Position numbers and translations under genes: made by a program. Below the pieces are notes generated by a model. It searched no databases and was not told the DNA's origin. It saw nothing but the letters and a program-made list of their open reading frames with translations. DNA of 64,000 nt from an uncultured Solirubrobacteraceae bacterium (GTDB taxonomy: Bacteria; Actinomycetota; Thermoleophilia; Solirubrobacterales; Solirubrobacteraceae): contig CAVZIH010000003.1 in NCBI GenBank assembly GCA_963775485.1, positions 120,252-184,251 of the forward strand, read 5' to 3'. Shown in pieces: positions 43,442-52,500 of this stretch; positions within the stretch are counted from its first letter, which is position 1; the number at the start of each line of letters is the position of its first letter.

Positions 43442-43513
43442 GCCCCGTTAGCTCATCTGGTAGAGCGCCGGACTTTTAATCCGGTGGGGCGGGTTCGAGT
43501 CCCGCACGGGGCA
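43442..43513 (+). tRNA. tRNA-Lys (TTT)
   Basis: GCCCCGT/ACGGGGC stem, anticodon arm CCGGA-CTTTTAA-TCCGG, GGTTCGAGTCC. Confidence 0.95.
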
Positions 43514-43672
43514 TGGCTTGCGCTGGAGCGCCGTCGCGGGAAACCGGCCGCTCCGAGGGCTGTCGGCGGAGCCGGGGGGCCGAGCCGGCAGCACCGTCGT
43601 CTGCCGTCTCCCGGGAAGCTGGTAGCTTGCCTTTCGCTGGCCGGGTCGATGCGGTGCGTTACGGGGGGTGCA

Positions 43673-46600
43673 GTGGCTGAATCTGAGTCGATCGAGCTGG
43701 CGACGATCCTGCTTACGGACCTCGTCGGCTCGACGCTGCTTGCGAATTCGGTCGGTGCTGCTCGGGCCGACGAGCTGCGCGACGAGCACTTCGAGCTGCT
43801 GCGCGACGCGATCGTCTCCCACGGCGGCCGCGAGGTGAAGAACACCGGCGACGGGCTGCTGGTGGCGTTCTCCTCCGCTTCGGCAGCCGTCGAATGCGCG
43901 GTCGCCATGCAGCAGCGCTTCGAGCGCCGCTACCGCAACACTGAGCAGGCTCTGCACCTACGCATCGGCCTCGGAGCCGGTGAGTCCACGGTCAAGGACG
44001 GCGATTACTTCGGGATGCCCTCGATCCTCGCTGCGCGCCTGTGCGCACAGGCGCCGTCCGACGGGATCTTGGCGGCCGAGCTCGTGAGGGCGCTCGCCAG
44101 CCGGTGCGAGGGGATCGAGCTCGCCAGCGTGGGAGAGCTCGAGCTGAAGGGGTTCGACAGGCCGCTCGAGGCCTTCGCCGTCTCCTGGGCCCCGCTCGAA
44201 GACGAGCAGGCCGCCACGAGCCGCTGGCCGCTTCCCGCGCTGCTTCGCTCGATACCACCCATCTCCTACGTGGGGCGGGTGCCGGAGCGCGCAGCGCTCG
44301 CGGAGGCGACGACGCTGGCCCATTCGGGGCAGCGCCAGGTCGCCCTGCTGAGCGGCGAGCCGGGGATCGGCAAGACCCGCATCACGAGCTACGTCGCCCA
44401 CGAGGCACACGGCAGGGGCTTCGCCGTCGCATGGGGTGCGTGCACGGAGGAGCTCGCGGCGCCCTACGAGCCCTGGCTCGCGGTCTGCACGCAGCTGGTG
44501 GAACACGCACCGGCCGCGATGCTCGCGCGGCATGTCGAACGGCAGGGGGGCGAGCTCCTGCGCCTGACGCGAAATCTCGGCTCGCGGCTCACAGATGTCC
44601 CCGCACCGCAGCGCTCCGATCCCGAGACCGAGCGCTATCTGCTGTTCAAGGCGGCGTCGGCGCTGGTGGCGGAACTCGCCGAGGCGGTGCCGCTGTGCCT
44701 GGTGCTCGACGATCTCCATTGGGCCGACCCGCAGTCGCTCGCGCTGCTCAAGCACGTGCTGGCGGCCACCGAGGAGGCGTCGCTTCTGGTGCTCGTCAAC
44801 TATCGCGACTCCGACCTCGGCAAGGATCATCCGCTGATCGCGGTGCTCGCGGATCTGCGCAAGCTTCAGGGCGTCCGGCGGATCGGCCTGCAGGGTCTTC
44901 GCATGGACGAGGTCGCACAGATGATGGCCGCGCTGGCGGGGCACGAGTTCGAGCGGGACGGAGTCGAACTCGCAGGCAGGATCGCCGCCGAGACCGGGGG
45001 CAACCCGTTCTTCGTCGGCGAGGTCCTTCGCGGGCTCTCCGAATCCGGCTCGCTGGTGTTCGACGAGGCCGCGGCTCGCTGGAGGATCGACGCCTCCGCC
45101 GCGCTCGCTCTGCCCCAGAGCGTTCGGGAGGTGATCGAGCGGCGGGTCGAGCGCCTCGGCGCAGAATTCCTGGAGGTGCTGCGGGCCGCGGCGGTGATCG
45201 GCCGCGAGTTCGACATCGAGTTGCTCTGCGCGGTTCTTGACGCGGACGAGGCCGACCTGCTGGATCGGCTCGAGGCGGCCGTTTCCGCGGCGGTACTGAC
45301 GGAATCCTCGGAGCTGGTGGGGCGGTTCCGCTTCCCTCACGCCCTCATCAGCCAGACCTTGTATGAGGGCCTCGGCGGGACCCGCCGGGCCCGGCTGCAC
45401 CAGCGCGTCGCAGAAGCGCTCGAGCAGCTCTACGGGACCGAGTCGGTCGACCGGCTCGGGGAGCTGGCCCTTCACTGGCGTCTGGCCGCGATCTCCGTGG
45501 AGCGGCACAAGGCGGTCGACTATGCGCTGCGAGCGGGTCAGCAGGCGCTGCAGAGCCTCGCTCCGGCAGCGGCGCTGAGCCTGTTCACAGACGCCGTCGA
45601 CCTGAGCGAGCCCGGCAGCCGCCAGCATTGCGAAGCCATGCTCGGCGTTGGCGTTGCCCAACGCCAGAGCGGCGAGCCGGCCTATCGGGACACGCTGCTT
45701 CAGGCCGCGCGCATCGCCTCGGCGCTGGAGGACGCCGAGCTGGCGGCGCGCGCCGCGCTCGAGAACAACCGCGGGTTCGCGAGCGCGGCCGGCGTCGTCG
45801 ACACCGAGCGGCTGGCGGCGATCGAGCGCGCACTCGAGCTCGACGAGCCGACCGAGCCGGCTCGCCGCGCCCGCCTGCTGGCGCTGCAGGCTCAGGAGAT
45901 CTACTACAGGCACGACGTCGAACTCCGCCACGCGCTCGCAACCGAGGCCGTCTCGATCGCGCGGGCCGCCGGCCACCCCGACACGCTCGGCGAAGTTCTG
46001 CGAACGGCCACGTTCGCCGACTGGTCACCCGAGACGCTCGAGCTGCGCACGCATCAGTGCGAGGAGCTGCTCGAGTACGCCGCGGCGGCGGGCGATCCGG
46101 CGCTCGAGCACTGGGCTCAGAACATCGCGGGGCACCACTACGTCGAGCGCGGCGAGATCGCACGAGCCGAGCAGGCGTTTGCTCGCGAGGGCGAGATCGC
46201 CGAGCAGCTCGGACAGCCGACGCTGCGCTGGTTCGCGGCCTTCCCACTGCCCGGCCTCGCCGTTGCGCGAGATCTAGCCAAGGCCGAGCGTCTGGCAGAG
46301 CGTGCACTGCAGATCGGGCAGGAGGCGGGACAGCCCGACGCGATCATGTTCTACGGCATCGCGCTCGCCACGATCCGCAGCTACCAGGGGCGGGGCCAAG
46401 AGATCGTCGGCCTCTTGGAGCAGAGCGTCGCGGCAAACCCCGCGCTCCCGGGCTGGCGCGCCAGCCTCGGCGCAATCCTCTGCTGGCTCGACCGCACGAC
46501 CGAGGCTGCCGCCATCCTCAAGGAGGGGTGCGGCGACGGTTTTGCGCATGTACCCCACGACAGGGCGGCGCTCAGGGTCTTCGGGTTCTATGCGGACATC

Positions 46601-46987
46601 GCTGTCCAGATCGGAGATGCCGAAGCCGCGCTGGCCCTGGCCGAGCTGATGGAGCCGTTCGCCGACCAGTTCATGTGGGACGGTGCCGCCTGCAACGGGC
46701 ACGTCAGGCTGTGGCTGGGCCTGCTCGCCGCGACCCGCGGCGATCTCGAGCAGGCGGAGCGCCACCTCTCATTTGCGCGCGAGTTCCACGAACAGAACCA
46801 CATGCCGCTGTGGGTCGCGCGCGGACACCTGGGTTGGGCGGAGGCGCTGGCGCGGGAGGGCGAGTCGACCCGCGCCCGAGATCACGCCAACCGCGCCCTG
46901 GAGCTCTCGCGCGAGCACGGGTTCGGACTCTTCGAGCCACGGGCCGTGGCCCTCCTCGCCTCCGGCGCCGAGATCAAAGTCGGCTGA
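43673..46987 (+). CDS. Class III adenylate/guanylate cyclase + STAND (AAA_16) ATPase + helical/TPR-like repeats
   Basis: TDLVGST, VKNTGDG, RIGLGAGE..DYFG..AARL; Walker A GEPGIGKT, Walker B LVLDDLHWAD, TGGNPFF, RFPHALI. No C-terminal LuxR HTH. Confidence 0.9.
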   Translation: MAESESIELATILLTDLVGSTLLANSVGAARADELRDEHFELLRDAIVSHGGREVKNTGDGLLVAFSSASAAVECAVAMQQRFERRYRNTEQALHLRIGLGAGESTVKDGDYFGMPSILAARLCAQAPSDGILAAELVRALASRCEGIELASVGELELKGFDRPLEAFAVSWAPLEDEQAATSRWPLPALLRSIPPISYVGRVPERAALAEATTLAHSGQRQVALLSGEPGIGKTRITSYVAHEAHGRGFAVAWGACTEELAAPYEPWLAVCTQLVEHAPAAMLARHVERQGGELLRLTRNLGSRLTDVPAPQRSDPETERYLLFKAASALVAELAEAVPLCLVLDDLHWADPQSLALLKHVLAATEEASLLVLVNYRDSDLGKDHPLIAVLADLRKLQGVRRIGLQGLRMDEVAQMMAALAGHEFERDGVELAGRIAAETGGNPFFVGEVLRGLSESGSLVFDEAAARWRIDASAALALPQSVREVIERRVERLGAEFLEVLRAAAVIGREFDIELLCAVLDADEADLLDRLEAAVSAAVLTESSELVGRFRFPHALISQTLYEGLGGTRRARLHQRVAEALEQLYGTESVDRLGELALHWRLAAISVERHKAVDYALRAGQQALQSLAPAAALSLFTDAVDLSEPGSRQHCEAMLGVGVAQRQSGEPAYRDTLLQAARIASALEDAELAARAALENNRGFASAAGVVDTERLAAIERALELDEPTEPARRARLLALQAQEIYYRHDVELRHALATEAVSIARAAGHPDTLGEVLRTATFADWSPETLELRTHQCEELLEYAAAAGDPALEHWAQNIAGHHYVERGEIARAEQAFAREGEIAEQLGQPTLRWFAAFPLPGLAVARDLAKAERLAERALQIGQEAGQPDAIMFYGIALATIRSYQGRGQEIVGLLEQSVAANPALPGWRASLGAILCWLDRTTEAAAILKEGCGDGFAHVPHDRAALRVFGFYADIAVQIGDAEAALALAELMEPFADQFMWDGAACNGHVRLWLGLLAATRGDLEQAERHLSFAREFHEQNHMPLWVARGHLGWAEALAREGESTRARDHANRALELSREHGFGLFEPRAVALLASGAEIKVG

Positions 46988-47075
46988 GCCGCGCCGCCAG
47001 CCCGCCGCCCGGGAGCCACATCCCCCGCGGTGAGCTGGTGTCGATCGCGTGACGCGGTCCTCCGATCGCCGCGCC

Positions 47076-49259
47076 TCAGGGCGTGGCTAGGTCCGGGATG
47101 AACCGAGCGCCGGGTGAGCCGATGCCGGTCATGGAGTCGAACCCGGGACCGTCCTTCAGGGCGAGCTTCTGCTGCACGCAGCTCTCCGCTTCGGGGCAGT
47201 AGGCCTCCTGGCCCTCGTAGTTGATCGTGCCGGTGGCGTTGAAGGTGCCCGCTTCGGTGTTCGCCCCGTTGACGTACTGCACGAGCGAGAACGCCTGCTG
47301 GCTCTGCGGCGGCACGACGTCGTAGAAGGCGCTCGAGGCCTTCGTGGAGGCGTCGAGGTGGTAGAGGAGCGGGTTGATGAAGCCGAGCGCACCGCCGGCC
47401 GCCTGGTCGGCGTCGGCGAGCTCTCCGGCGAGCAGCGGCGAGGAGAGGCTCGTTCCGCCGATCGGCTCTTCTTCGTAGTAGTCGCCGTCGGGCCAGGCGA
47501 GCGTCTCGCCGAGGTCGAGGCCCATCCACGGGTCCGCGTCCATCGAGATGTCGGGCACGACCCTGTTGGCCTCGTGCGTGACCGACCTGTTGCGGTTCGC
47601 GAGCCCGTTGGGGACGACGCCTTCCTGGTAGTAGGGCTCGGCGTACTGCGAGGTGGTCGCGCCACCGCCGCCGGCCCAGTACTCCCCCGGGACCCGCGGC
47701 ACCCACTTGCCGAACAGGCTTTCGCCGCATTCCAACGGCAGTTCGAGCAGCAGCGTGTGCTCTACCGCTTCTTCGTTGACCTCGACCGTGTGTGTGCAGA
47801 GCACGCTGAAGGAGCTCGACCAGCCGTACTCGGCGACGCGCGTGCCGTTCCTGGAGATCTCCGGGCTGGTCCCGCCCACGGCCGTCGCGTACGGGCTGGT
47901 GGCGGGAAAACCGACCGCGTCGAAGCCGAGGAGGTTGAATTCATCGCCCTGGTCGCCCGCCGAGTACTGGACCCCCACGCCGGTCCCGGCGGCCATCAGC
48001 AGCACGTTGTTGAACGCTTCTTCGCTGGCACTCGGCGTCGTTTCGTCGTTGCCGAGTTCGCCCCACGAGTTCGTGATGATGCTCGCCAGGTGCTCGTCGA
48101 CGACCTGCTCGTCGCTGTCGTAGAGCGCGTTTTCGCAGTTCTTCGCACCCACGAACAGGATCGTCGCGCCCGGCGCGGTCGAGTGCACCGACTCCACGTC
48201 GAGCGTCTGCTCGACCGACCACCCGCTCGCTTCGCAGAAGTTCTCCTCGTCGAATTTCGGGCTGACGTCTTCCTTGAACAGGTGCCTCGTCAGGATGCCT
48301 GCGGGCTCGTTTCGCATGCTGTACTCGTGTGCGTCGTCGAACAGCGTCGGCGACTCGTACGCGTCGACGATCGCGACCGTCACGCCCCTGCCGTCATCGC
48401 CTGCGGCGATCGGGCCCGAGAGGTCATACGCGGACTGCAGCTGGGGCGGCTTGTAGCCGCAGATGGCATACGGGAGCGTGGAGGGGTAGCCGCCGCCGAA
48501 CGGCGGCCCCTTGCCATCCTGCTTTTCGCCCCAGTAGGACGAGCAGGGAGGCGCGATCCGTGGCCATTCCCCGGGAGGGATCGGCTTGCTCGCCGGGGTC
48601 GTGAGCGGTTCCACTTCGCTCGCCGTGCCCACGCCGGCGCCGCCCGCGCCGAGCGCTCGCGCTCGCTGCCGCGGTAGCTCGGGGCGGGCCACACGCTGGT
48701 CGACGCCGGACACGGCACTGATCTGCGGGGCGATCGATGCGGGGACCGAGAGCGGTCCCGAGGCGAGGCGCACGCGCGTGCCGGCGATGGCGTACTCGGA
48801 GAGGTTCGTCGCGAATGCACGCTCCACCGTCGAGGTGGGCGCGCTCGCGTGCACCGTCATGCGGTCAGGCGTCACGCCTTCGACCGTGATGCCCTGCGCG
48901 GCGAGCCACGCCGTGACCGCATCGACCGACGCCTGCGTCGGTGAGAAGCGCTGCTCCCAGGCGGTGGGCGTGAGGAACTGCCGATAGCTCGGGCTCGCCG
49001 GATCGGACACGGACCGCGCGAGCGCGAGGGCGCCTTCCGGATCGCGCAGCCGGAGGCTGACGTCGAATTCGATCTCCGTCTGCGACGGGGTTGGCGCGAG
49101 CGGTGCCCCGGGAGGGCCGACCCTCGGCGCGCTGCCCGCGAGCGGGACGAAGCCGGTGGCGGCCGCGGCCACGGCGGGCACCCCCACGATGAACCCGAGC
49201 AGCGCGCACACCCCCACGAGCACCACACTCAGATCGGCGAGGACTCTCTTGGCCGGCAT
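47076..49259 (-). CDS. Secreted S53 (sedolisin) peptidase with pro-domain
   Basis: Signal peptide, pro-kumamolisin-type DPASPSYRQFLTP, EQTLD (Glu/Asp), SAGD, VPDIS, GGTSLSSP (Ser), GFDSMTGIGSP. Confidence 0.93.
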   Translation of the reverse strand: MPAKRVLADLSVVLVGVCALLGFIVGVPAVAAAATGFVPLAGSAPRVGPPGAPLAPTPSQTEIEFDVSLRLRDPEGALALARSVSDPASPSYRQFLTPTAWEQRFSPTQASVDAVTAWLAAQGITVEGVTPDRMTVHASAPTSTVERAFATNLSEYAIAGTRVRLASGPLSVPASIAPQISAVSGVDQRVARPELPRQRARALGAGGAGVGTASEVEPLTTPASKPIPPGEWPRIAPPCSSYWGEKQDGKGPPFGGGYPSTLPYAICGYKPPQLQSAYDLSGPIAAGDDGRGVTVAIVDAYESPTLFDDAHEYSMRNEPAGILTRHLFKEDVSPKFDEENFCEASGWSVEQTLDVESVHSTAPGATILFVGAKNCENALYDSDEQVVDEHLASIITNSWGELGNDETTPSASEEAFNNVLLMAAGTGVGVQYSAGDQGDEFNLLGFDAVGFPATSPYATAVGGTSPEISRNGTRVAEYGWSSSFSVLCTHTVEVNEEAVEHTLLLELPLECGESLFGKWVPRVPGEYWAGGGGATTSQYAEPYYQEGVVPNGLANRNRSVTHEANRVVPDISMDADPWMGLDLGETLAWPDGDYYEEEPIGGTSLSSPLLAGELADADQAAGGALGFINPLLYHLDASTKASSAFYDVVPPQSQQAFSLVQYVNGANTEAGTFNATGTINYEGQEAYCPEAESCVQQKLALKDGPGFDSMTGIGSPGARFIPDLATP

Positions 49260-49562
49260 TGCGCAGACCTCCAGTCTGGTGCTCGGAGAACCCGGGCGCG
49301 AACGCGGGGTGCCCACATTCAATCGCATCGAGGCGGGTCACGGCCGGAGGACCGTCTGCCTGCCCCGCGTCGAACATTCGTCTAGTGCCGCCCTCGGCGG
49401 CTCAGGCGTCCCTTAGCTTGCCTGCGTCCGGCCCTCGAGCGTGTCTCCGGATGCGACCGGGCGCAACGCCCGGGGCCTGCTGTGGGCGCCGGCGGGCGGA
49501 CAGCCGGGTCTGCGGCCACCCGTATGAGCCGGTCACATCGTTGCCCCGAGAGGAGGAGCACC

Positions 49563-52500
49563 GTGCCGGGTAAATGGACCACATTCCAGGCGCCGTCGAC
49601 CGTGGGGTCGTTCAGCGCGGACACGATGCTCCTGCTGAGCGACGGCTCGGTGCTGATCCACGAAGCCGAAGGCGCGAACTGGCTGCGCCTGACCCCCGAC
49701 GACGAAGGCAACTACCAGAGCGGGGAATGGTCGGGACTCCTGAAGATGGCGAACTCGCGACAGTTCTTCTCCTCGGGGATCCTGGGCGACGGGCGTGTGT
49801 ATGCGCTGGGCGGCGAGTACGGCAGCGCCGGCGGAGACGGCTCGCTGGGAGAGATCTTCGACCCCGGCACCAACGAATGGAGCGAACTGAGCAAGCCGGC
49901 CCGGTTCGAATACATCAAGGGAGACGTTCCGGGCTGCATCCTCGCGGACGGGCGGGTCCTCTTCGGCAATCTCGGAGGCGGCCCACCGTTCGCCGCGATG
50001 TGGGACCCGGTGACCGGCATCTGGACCGAAGCCGGAACCAACTTCGGCGCGAAGTCCGACACCAAGCGAAGCAACTGCGACGAGGAGACGTGGACGCTCC
50101 TGCCCGACGGCTCGGTCCTCACGGTGGCCACCAACAACGAGCCGAAGGCCGAACGTTACATCCCCTCACTCGATGAATGGGTGCCCGCCGGCGAAACGCC
50201 GTCGAGCCTCGTGCTCACGGAAATCACCGATCCCGAAAAGAACAAGGTGGCGATCTTCGAGATCGGCCCCGCGATCCTCCTTCCGGGCGGAGAAGTGTTC
50301 GCGATCGGCGCCACCGGCCAGAACGCGCTCTACAAACCACCGTCGACGAGCAAACCCACGGGCGAAGGGAAATGGAAGGCCGCCGCGGCGTTCCCGCCCG
50401 ACACGAGCAAAGGGCATGTCTGGCCGACCCTCACCGCGAGCGACGCCCCCGCCGTCCTGCAGACCAATGGCAAGGTGCTGTGCATCGCGGGAAGGCTCCA
50501 CGAGACCACGGAAGAAAATGCGAAAGGCGAAAAGACCCACGACTACTTCTCCGAAGGAGCAGAACTCCTCGAGTTCGACCCATCCAACGGGTCGATGACG
50601 CCGTTCCCGGCGGTGCCCTTCTCCTCCTCCGAAGCACCGGAAACATGGGTCTGCCGGTTCCTGCTCCTCCCGACCGGACAGATCCTCCTCACCACCCAGT
50701 CGCAGGAAATCCACCTCTACACGCCCGAAGCCTCGGAAAACACCCCCCAGGCGAGCTGGAGGCCCGCGCTCAGCAACCCTCCGGAAACGCTCGTTCCGGG
50801 CCACGTGTACACGATCGAAGGGACCCAGCTCAACGGTCTCTCGCAGGCCGTCAGCTACGGCGATGACGCACAGATGGCGACCAACTACCCGATCGTGCGG
50901 CTGACGAACTCCTCGGGCAAGGTCGCCTACCTGCGCACGTTCAACTTCTCCACCCTCGCCGTCGCGACCGAAGGGGCAACCGTCAAGGCCGAGGTCGAAG
51001 TCCCCCATTCGCTGGCGGCCGGCGCATGGTCGATGGTGGTGATCGCCAACGGCATCGAATCCGACGCGGTCGACGTCGAGGTCTCACTCCAGGACTGCCT
51101 CCTGCTGCTCGAACGCGACACCTTCGCCGAAGGCGAAATCGAGGCGATGGTCAACCTGAGCGGAGCACCGGCGATCATCGATCCGGCGCTCTACGTGATC
51201 GTCGAAGGCTATACCGCCGAAGACATCGGCCTCACTCCAGCAAACCTCTCCAACCCACCCCACAAGCCCGAGATCGCCGAACCGATAAAAGGGATCGGGG
51301 CAAGCTTCGCCGGCTCCGTCCTGCCCGAAGATCCGTCCGCACCCGCCAACACCGTCCAGCGATTCACGTTCCCGTTCGAGCTGTCGTTCTCCGGCACGAG
51401 CGTATTCGCCGGGGCCCCGCAGACGCTCACGCTGACAGCCAGGTTCGCACCACCGGCCCAGCCCACGGTGCAGGCCCACGCCCCCATCTACCTGACCGCA
51501 AAGCCCGACCCGTTCATCCTCCACGGGGACATCTCCGCCGGCTACGAATGGTATCTGAGCACCGACCTCCGCGTGTTCCACCTCAAGGCCGGAGAACGGC
51601 GCTTCGGCGCCAGCCTCTCCAGCTCGGCCACGCCGAGCGAAGCGGCCACCGGGTTCATCGGGGAAGTGATCGAAAACCTCAACGGCGACACCGCCGCCGC
51701 AGGCCCGCTGTTCGAAAAAATCTCCCAGGAAGAGGACATCGCGGAAACCCAGCTCGCGCTCGAACCAGAAGACGGGGACGGCAACAGGCTCTTCAACTTC
51801 GCCCTCGCTCGCGTCCGTCTCCAGGACGTTGCCGCGGCCAAACAGGTCGGCGTCTTCTTCCGCATGTGGCAGGCCCAGCAGACGAACGCGACGTTCGACG
51901 CCGCGACGATCTACAAGTCGCTCACCAACCCGGAAAAAGTACCCATCCCGGTTCTCGGTGTCGAAGGCGACGAGGTGACCACGATCCCCTTCTTCGCGGC
52001 TCCGCGCGTGGACACGGCCGTCGAATCGATGGCCGAACAGCGCGATCCGCTCAACCGGCGGACCATCAAACCGGACAAACTCGGCGCTGAAGCGTTCGCC
52101 TACTTCGGCTGCTGGCTGGACATCAACCAGCCGGGTGAAACCTGGTTCCCCGACCGCCTCGTCGGTGGCAGCCCCGCCGACGTGCCCGCGGGACCGTTCA
52201 CCGGGATGGGTGAACTGCTCTCGATCCAGCAGCTGGTGCGCAGCACCCACCAGTGCATCATCGCCGAGGTCAACTACGCCCCCGATCCGATCCCGGCCGG
52301 CGTCGACCCTTCCGACTCCGACAAGCTGGCCCAGCGCAACCTCACGCTCGTGGCGGTTCCCAATCCCGGCGTGCCGGGCTCGCGCAGCGCGCCGCAGACG
52401 ATCGAGATCCGGCCCACCCCGGTGCCGCTGCCAGCCGGCCACCGCCCCGACGAGCTGATGATCACGTGGGGAGACATCCCGGACGGGAGCTCCGCCGAAC

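Noticed and set aside
49370-49385. LexA SOS box TCGAACATTCGTCTAG
   Set aside because: The left half matches the actinobacterial consensus but the right half deviates too much from GTTCGA.
49440-49520. c-di-GMP-I (GEMM) riboswitch-like sequence upstream of the Kelch gene
   Set aside because: Only loose 3'-half resemblance (GCGCAACGCC...ACAGCCGG). The GGCAAA/GNRA P2 element is missing. An Infernal/Rfam scan would settle it.
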